From a virus (lineage: Duplodnaviria > Heunggongvirae > Uroviricota > Caudoviricetes), in the IMG/VR virus record IMGVR_UViG_3300050145_000014: a stretch of DNA of 20,201 nt, one strand, 5' to 3'. The notes beneath the pieces are model-generated. The model worked only from the letters and a program-made list of their open reading frames with translations. It searched no databases and was not told the origin of the DNA. The position numbers and the translations under genes were made by a program. Every line of letters starts with the position of its first letter. The stretch's first letter is position 1. Of this stretch, positions 14,989-20,201 are shown one piece after another.

Positions 14989-15347
14989 GTGCCTTCTACA
15001 AAAATTTCCAGGAGACCTGCGTGCACTTCTGAGTGACAATTCTTACATAGAAGAATGCATTTATCAAGCTCTTCTTTGATACTTTCAAGAGTAGTTTTAG
15101 TTGCCTCTGAGATCGAGAATTCTTTTTCTTCTGGATCTAGGTGATGGAAATCTAAAGCCTGTAAACAATTCCAATAGCCGCAACTATAACAACTTCCACC
15201 TTTATAGTCAACAGCCTGTTGTTTTAAAACAACTCTTCTTTTTCTTCTATTATCAACCTTGCATTGGGCACATCTATAGCGCTTATTCTTTCCCTGCCCT
15301 ATTTCTTTAAAGAAAGAAAGCCCATGCTTATTGCATCCCTTCTTCAT
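14985..15347 (-). CDS. HNH endonuclease with Zn-binding Cys pairs
   Basis: CxxC, CYSC, LDFHHLDP, CILLCKNCHSEVH motifs. Confidence 0.88.
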   Translation of the reverse strand: MKKGCNKHGLSFFKEIGQGKNKRYRCAQCKVDNRRKRRVVLKQQAVDYKGGSCYSCGYWNCLQALDFHHLDPEEKEFSISEATKTTLESIKEELDKCILLCKNCHSEVHAGLLEIFVEGT

Positions 15348-15528
15348 TGTCAAGAAACACTGGGCGTGTTTTTCCTGATGGGTTTGTGATCTCTAAAATG
15401 TCTGCTTCGTAAACTGAATCAAATTCTTGAGAGTCGCCCTCAAAAGTGTCTAAGCAGTCATCGCATTCATTTGTATTGTTATAAGGCGACTGTTTAAAGT
15501 AGGCGCCACAGGCTTTGCAGGTTGCCAT
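15328..15528 (-). CDS. Small Zn-finger-like hypothetical protein
   Basis: 66 aa; CKAC...CDDC; AGGAAG RBS. Confidence 0.65.
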   Translation of the reverse strand: MATCKACGAYFKQSPYNNTNECDDCLDTFEGDSQEFDSVYEADILEITNPSGKTRPVFLDNEEGMQ

Positions 15529-15796
15529 AGTCTTCCTGTGTAATAATTAAGGCTTAAATCTTAAAGATTTAAGAATGGATATCATTAAATAGTGCTGGTT
15601 ACGGGTCCAGCGTCTACCAAAAATACCTAAATTTATACAAATATTAGATATGAGTGTAGTCGGTTTAGATCAAGCAATTGAAGGCTACTTTTAGTGCAAT
15701 CAGGGGCTGTTGAAAGGATAAGACAGTATAGACTGCACCTTTTTACCTTGTTTGCTTGATATTCAGTGAAAAGGTGTCTTTTTGTATATAAAAGCA

Positions 15797-15825
15797 ATTA
15801 TATCACCTAAATATATGAGAATCAA
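15797..15825 (-). promoter_or_regulatory. sigma70-like promoter TTGATT-17-TATAAT
   Basis: Minus strand TTGATT CTCATATATTTAGGTGA TATAAT, overlapping the end of the upstream ORF. Confidence 0.65.
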
Positions 15826-16307
15826 GAGTCAAATATGCAATATTTAGTTAAAATCTTACTATATTTTAGTTTAAGTCTTAGTGCAAATCTTTGAGCAACT
15901 ACTGCATCTTGGAGGACTTTTGATTTCTTAACTGCATTATCTGTCCAAGAAACAATATAAGCATAAGAGTCTTTTGGGTGTATTTGAATTTTTATTCCAC
16001 CTTCGAGATTTGCAAGAGCCTCTTTGACTCTCCGGTAGGATTCCGAGTCAAGTAAACGCATATTTGAGACCTTTGTGTCAGTCTCGTCTAGGTTTAAATG
16101 CAGGATCTTGCTTCCTTTTGGGAGAGACTCTTTCATGAGAAGTTCCATACAGAATTTATTATACTTTAACTTCTTCCTCCCCTCTGGGATTTGCACAACT
16201 ACATACCCATCCCAGGAAGGTTCTAGCTTCTTACCTGTGCTTTTGAAGTAGACAGCCCCCGCTAAATGATCAAATCTGAATTTTTCAAGTAGACTAGCTG
16301 TATACAT
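15822..16307 (-). CDS. Degenerate HNH_3-type protein with C-terminal AP2-like region
   Basis: ILHLNLDETDTKVSNMRLL aligns by eye with the DHINGxxxDNRxxNLR HNH pattern; C-terminus resembles AP2 DNA-binding folds. Confidence 0.5.
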   Translation of the reverse strand: MYTASLLEKFRFDHLAGAVYFKSTGKKLEPSWDGYVVVQIPEGRKKLKYNKFCMELLMKESLPKGSKILHLNLDETDTKVSNMRLLDSESYRRVKEALANLEGGIKIQIHPKDSYAYIVSWTDNAVKKSKVLQDAVVAQRFALRLKLKYSKILTKYCIFDS

Positions 16308-16310
16308 CTA

Positions 16311-17018
16311 TTACCCTTTTGTTAAACGCTTAGACTTCTTCTTTGAGACTTGTTCAATAATCTCTTGAGGGGTGGGGGAGTCTTCTAGAATCTCTTCGGG
16401 GTTGGTATCACCAGCATCTTCAGTCTCTAACTCTGTCAGATAATCTTCCCTGGTTTTTAGTCTAGAAACAATCTCCTCGGACTCCATGTAGAATTCTTTA
16501 CCTTTTAGGAGATCAAGGATTTCCTGTTCCGTTAAATACCCTGAGTAAGTTTCCCTGACGAGTTTTTCAGACACAGAGGACATGTGCATGACGTGATCAA
16601 CAATATCTGAACTCTTACCAGAAGATCCATAACGAACATTGTGACAAAGGGATGTCGCGTAGGGACCAACTTCGACGTAGTCACAATGTAAGGCCAGGAT
16701 ACTGGCGGCAGAGTGACATTCCCCAGTCAAAACAGCAATTGTTGTTGCTTCAGTCTTTGCAATAGCATCTAGGAGAGAAACAAGACCTACAAGTAGCCCA
16801 CCAGGGGAGTTAATGAAGAACTTTACAGTGTCATGTTTTGAACATCCAGATAGGACATTGACCGTATTTGTATAGTACTCTGGCATCTGAATTGGTTCAT
16901 TAATATGAACTGTATATTCATTTACAGAAATCCCTCTTACAAAATACCCCAGATACTGATTCTTTGGGTGGTCATCGTCTTCGCTAAGATCTGAATCTAC
17001 TTTATTCTTTAAGTTCAT
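16311..17018 (-). CDS. clpP: ClpP-like serine peptidase with acidic/basic tail
   Basis: FFINSPGG, GECHSAAS (catalytic Ser), SLCHN (His), KEFYMESEE motifs. Confidence 0.8.
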   Translation of the reverse strand: MNLKNKVDSDLSEDDDHPKNQYLGYFVRGISVNEYTVHINEPIQMPEYYTNTVNVLSGCSKHDTVKFFINSPGGLLVGLVSLLDAIAKTEATTIAVLTGECHSAASILALHCDYVEVGPYATSLCHNVRYGSSGKSSDIVDHVMHMSSVSEKLVRETYSGYLTEQEILDLLKGKEFYMESEEIVSRLKTREDYLTELETEDAGDTNPEEILEDSPTPQEIIEQVSKKKSKRLTKG

Positions 17019-17761
17019 TGTAGCCCTTTCTTTTCTTGGAGCTCTTTATCAAAGGCAATTACAAATGATTTTGTAATAGGTGATCTTAGAATATCATCAT
17101 ATCCAAAATATGTAATACCTACGTCAGGGATATTGTATTTCTCAACAATACCTAGGAGGTATGATAGACCTTCTACAGAATTCTTAATATCTGTCTGAAT
17201 ACCTGAGTCATCCCCAATTAGGTACATTTGAGATCCTTGGCCAATTCTGGTAACAAGGGCTTGAATTTCTTCTGGGTACAGGTTCTGAGATTCATCTACA
17301 ACAACTACAGTGTCATCCCAACTTCTACCTCGGATTGTCTCAAGAGAACAGATCTCGATGGATTTGTCTTTCATGTGGATTTCTACGAAGGACTTTCCCA
17401 GGAAATCTTCCAGGTAGTCAATCATTTGTCTGTAATAGGGTAGGAGTTTTTCCTCTAGTTCTCCAGGTAAGAACCCAATAGACCTTCCTGCAAGAGGTTG
17501 ATAAGCCCTGATAAGAACGATTTTCTTTATCTTTCCTGTGTAGAGTTTCTGAGCAGCTTTATGGATTGAAAGTACTGTTTTACCAGTACCAGCACAGCCA
17601 GCAGCAATAGCAATACTATCGTACTCTAGGGATTCCACGAAGTATTTTTGATTCTCTGTCTTAGGTGGAAAACTTGGGAATTGTTGAGCTTTTGGATTTC
17701 TTGTCCGATCAATAGCTTTTAGCTCCCTAGGGGTATTTGATCGTCTTTGGGTTCTCTTCAT
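17015..17761 (-). CDS. phoH: PhoH-like ATPase
   Basis: PKTENQK, GCAGTGKT, IGFLPGELEEK, IRGRSWD, VVDESQN, LVTRIG, IGDD..QTD, DILRS motifs. Confidence 0.95.
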   Translation of the reverse strand: MKRTQRRSNTPRELKAIDRTRNPKAQQFPSFPPKTENQKYFVESLEYDSIAIAAGCAGTGKTVLSIHKAAQKLYTGKIKKIVLIRAYQPLAGRSIGFLPGELEEKLLPYYRQMIDYLEDFLGKSFVEIHMKDKSIEICSLETIRGRSWDDTVVVVDESQNLYPEEIQALVTRIGQGSQMYLIGDDSGIQTDIKNSVEGLSYLLGIVEKYNIPDVGITYFGYDDILRSPITKSFVIAFDKELQEKKGLQ

Positions 17762-17799
17762 AGGACTCCTTAAAGTAGTTTAAAACTTTCTTTACTATT

Positions 17800-18030
17800 T
17801 TACTCTTTTACCTTTGTCTTGCGGGTAGGGGTCTCTGTTGAGACTGAGGGCTTCTCTTCCTTAACAAGGACTACATGGTAATAGCTCCCAAAATTCTGCG
17901 GGTAGGTTTCATTACGCTCAAAGTCAAAACGATATCCAGCATTGAATTGCTCCTCTACACCCCGCAGGAAATCTGCTAGACCTTGTCCTGTAATCTGCAT
18001 GTGGTTATCGTTTAGTTGAATGTACTCCAT
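17800..18030 (-). CDS. Hypothetical protein (76 aa)
   Basis: Start MEYIQ with AGGAGG RBS, downstream of a promoter. Confidence 0.7.
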   Translation of the reverse strand: MEYIQLNDNHMQITGQGLADFLRGVEEQFNAGYRFDFERNETYPQNFGSYYHVVLVKEEKPSVSTETPTRKTKVKE

Positions 18031-18058
18031 GGCACCTCCTTGGTTGTTAAGATGCTTA

Positions 18059-18086
18059 ATTATAGCGTATTTATGACAGAAGTCAA
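18059..18086 (-). promoter_or_regulatory. sigma70-like promoter TTGACT-16-TATAAT for the PhoH/ClpP operon
   Basis: Minus strand TTGACT TCTGTCATAAATACGC TATAAT. Confidence 0.6.
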
Positions 18087-18451
18087 CTGGAATTGTCAAC
18101 TGTAATTGACAATTGGAATATTAGTTGCTTAGGCAATGATTAAGCTTAGTGTTCTGCTTTGATGCTTGTTTTGAGGATGTCATGTGTTTTCTACGGTGTA
18201 CAGGTTCATAACTTGAACACAATGCTCAAGAAGGGGCCTAGAAGCCTCTTGGTTGAGTTTTTAGAGGGTAGGTAAGGGGTGTGCCTGGGTAAGGGTATAA
18301 AATCTCTTAGAAGGGCTATAAATTGATCCGACCTGTCCTGTACCAAATTGATTGCCTAGGCAACGATCCCCAACTGGCTGTTTGCCCTATGGGCTTAACC
18401 AAAAAGGAGCTACGTCCCCTGTTCGGGGAGCTTCGCTTTGAATACATTGTA

Positions 18452-18745
18452 ATACTTGGAGATAGTAATAGTAGTCTTGTGAAACAAGACAGAGTAATCC
18501 TAATAATAAAATTATATTAATAATATCTTTAGGAGTAATCTATAGTATATTATTTAATTTATATAAATATACTATAGGTATTTATAATATATTTATATTT
18601 ACTATAGATATCTTACATGTAAGATTTATACTTATAGTATTACTTATCTTAGTATTTATTACTATCTTATATATTTATATTATTACTATGTAAGGATAAC
18701 ATACTTGGAGATAATTATATCTTGATGTATGTATACTTGGAGATA
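18452..18745. repeat. Three copies of ATACTTGGAGATA flanking an extremely AT-rich tract
   Basis: Copies at 18452-18464, 18701-18713 and 18733-18745; 18541-18600 has only 4 G/C in 60 nt. Confidence 0.7.
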
Positions 18746-19295
18746 TTAAGGGTAGCAGATGAAGTCCTAGAAGTCAAGAGTGTTCTTACAAAAAAAAATT
18801 ATAGAAGGGAGTCTTTTGTGACAAGAGAGGTCTTGCATGTGAAAAATATATCCTTATATGTGCATTTTGCACAATTGAGTAGCTTTCCTTTGTAACAAGA
18901 CTTCTTGTAGAATTACAAAACATGAGATAGTGAATATGTCAAATATGGCTATAATTGGATAGGGGTGCTTGATATAACCCCCTCCCCCATACTCCATATA
19001 ATACAACGATTCTAAAATATCCATAATAACGATAATAGTATATAGGATAATAACTTACATAGTATAGAGGGTACCTTTATATACTTGCGAAGCAAGCTAT
19101 TATTACCCGTAGCGAAGCGAAGGGTTGATTTTGTTACAAGTTGGAAGGTGTGGAAGGGCTGCAACATGCTTCGATAAATTATGTGAAAAACCTCCCCACA
19201 TAATCCACCTCTTTGCACGTCGCACCCTCCCTTTAACTCACTTCTAGTGCCTCCAGCACATCACCACAAACACCCCCAATGGGATAAAGCACGCG

Positions 19296-19334
19296 CCTAG
19301 GATCGCCCCTAGGATGCATAGCCACGCTATGCAT
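19296..19334. other. Tandem hairpins downstream of the 19351 gene
   Basis: ATGCATAGC-CAC-GCTATGCAT (19314-19334) and CCTAGG...CCTAGG (19296-19313); no clear U-tract. Confidence 0.5.
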
Positions 19335-19350
19335 TGCTTATCGTGTCTGG

Positions 19351-20115
19351 TCATACCTTCCCCTTTGTTGCGCCATGGGCCACCACAGCAATGGATTTAG
19401 CCTGTACGTCAGCCCCTACACAGAGCTTGCATGACAGGCACGTCCCTCTGGCGCCTGCCTCCTTACTGGCTGGGCACAGGATCTCACTGGGCATGAGGGA
19501 TGCCTGCCCCTGGTCATGCCACACCTTGACAGGGATGACACGAAACGTCCTAGCCCCTTCCCGTTGGTGCTGTTGTGCCTCTTCCCGTGTGTCTGCGCTG
19601 AACATCATACTGCCCGGCATGGGTTGTGCCCCTTGGTGCATGGCTTGGTGCGTGTAGGCTGTATGTCCCGCTGATACCCCTAGCATATGCTCCCACACCT
19701 CATAAGGTACTGCTCCAGGATCACCATAGGTCCCCATGCGCAGGAAACGCTCACGGGCTAGGGTCTGTCGCCCCTCCTTGGCGGTGCAGTCAGGGTAACC
19801 CCCGCGCTGGTACTTGTCCCACACTGCACTAGGACCTGTCATCTGGACGTAGCATGTGCGCCCTGGTGCCACCTTACCGGGGTGTCCTGGCCGGGCTATA
19901 CCCCTGTGCTTGCAGCCCCCGCAGATAGCATAATCCGCCCCTGTGTAATTTGCCATACTCGGTGACATACCCGAGTCGCTCAGAATATAAGTCTGCAGCA
20001 CTGCCCCTGTTTTTGTGTTAGCCCCTTTGGTGTTATATACCCCAATAACCACGATACTAGTCCCGTCCAATAATGACGGACCACGATAAATAATACCTGC
20101 TGTGGGTTGTTTCAT
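19351..20115 (-). CDS. Cys-rich phage protein (Gp88-like, possible Fe-S / radical-SAM-like)
   Basis: 254 aa from MKQPT; GPSLLDG, NTKTG, CGGC...CYV, RMGTYGDP, AYTHQ, CPAS...CLSCKLC motifs; GC-rich. Confidence 0.6.
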   Translation of the reverse strand: MKQPTAGIIYRGPSLLDGTSIVVIGVYNTKGANTKTGAVLQTYILSDSGMSPSMANYTGADYAICGGCKHRGIARPGHPGKVAPGRTCYVQMTGPSAVWDKYQRGGYPDCTAKEGRQTLARERFLRMGTYGDPGAVPYEVWEHMLGVSAGHTAYTHQAMHQGAQPMPGSMMFSADTREEAQQHQREGARTFRVIPVKVWHDQGQASLMPSEILCPASKEAGARGTCLSCKLCVGADVQAKSIAVVAHGATKGKV

Positions 20116-20201
20116 ATTATCTCGAATATGGGTTAATATGTGGGTCAGGAAACCCCGCATAATAAGGTGTAAAGGGGATGCAATGATTTATTGCAGTTTG
20201 T

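Noticed and set aside
18323-18520. 65-aa plus ORF, and the 68-aa minus ORF at 19012-19218
   Set aside because: No convincing RBS or motif; located in a low-complexity regulatory region.
18082-18745. CRISPR-like array
   Set aside because: The repeats are only 13 bp, few and irregularly spaced, with no spacer-repeat periodicity.
19334-19832. Plus-strand ORFs over the GC-rich gene
   Set aside because: Antisense shadows of the motif-bearing minus-strand gene.

Overview
Fragment of a tailed dsDNA phage genome (siphovirus-like, lambda-E-type capsid), almost entirely encoded on the minus strand. In transcription order (right to left): a GC-rich Cys-rich gene (19351-20115); a ~1.3 kb non-coding region with an extremely AT-rich core (possible origin or terminus); an accessory block (small ORF, PhoH, ClpP-like peptidase, degenerate HNH-AP2, Zn-finger ORF, HNH); a tRNA array (~12190-14950: 13 full-length tRNAs or tRNA-like genes, 1 pseudo-tRNA, 2 orphan half-tRNAs, a PD-(D/E)XK nuclease and 2-3 small ORFs); TerS; TerL with a 320-aa intein in its Walker A motif; portal; an antisense moron-like gene; a GC-rich SGNH-hydrolase gene; XkdF-like protease; scaffold; head decoration; major capsid; head-tail and neck genes; tail tube; and the start of a probable tail chaperone. 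The most unusual signals are in the tRNA array (half-tRNAs flanking a tRNA-Ser + nuclease cassette, CCA-less tRNAs clamped by extended acceptor helices, a D-arm-less tRNA-Tyr, swapped variable-arm classes, candidate structured RNAs) and the two foreign-looking genes between portal and protease. Protein family calls come from motif recognition and synteny only; no database search was run.
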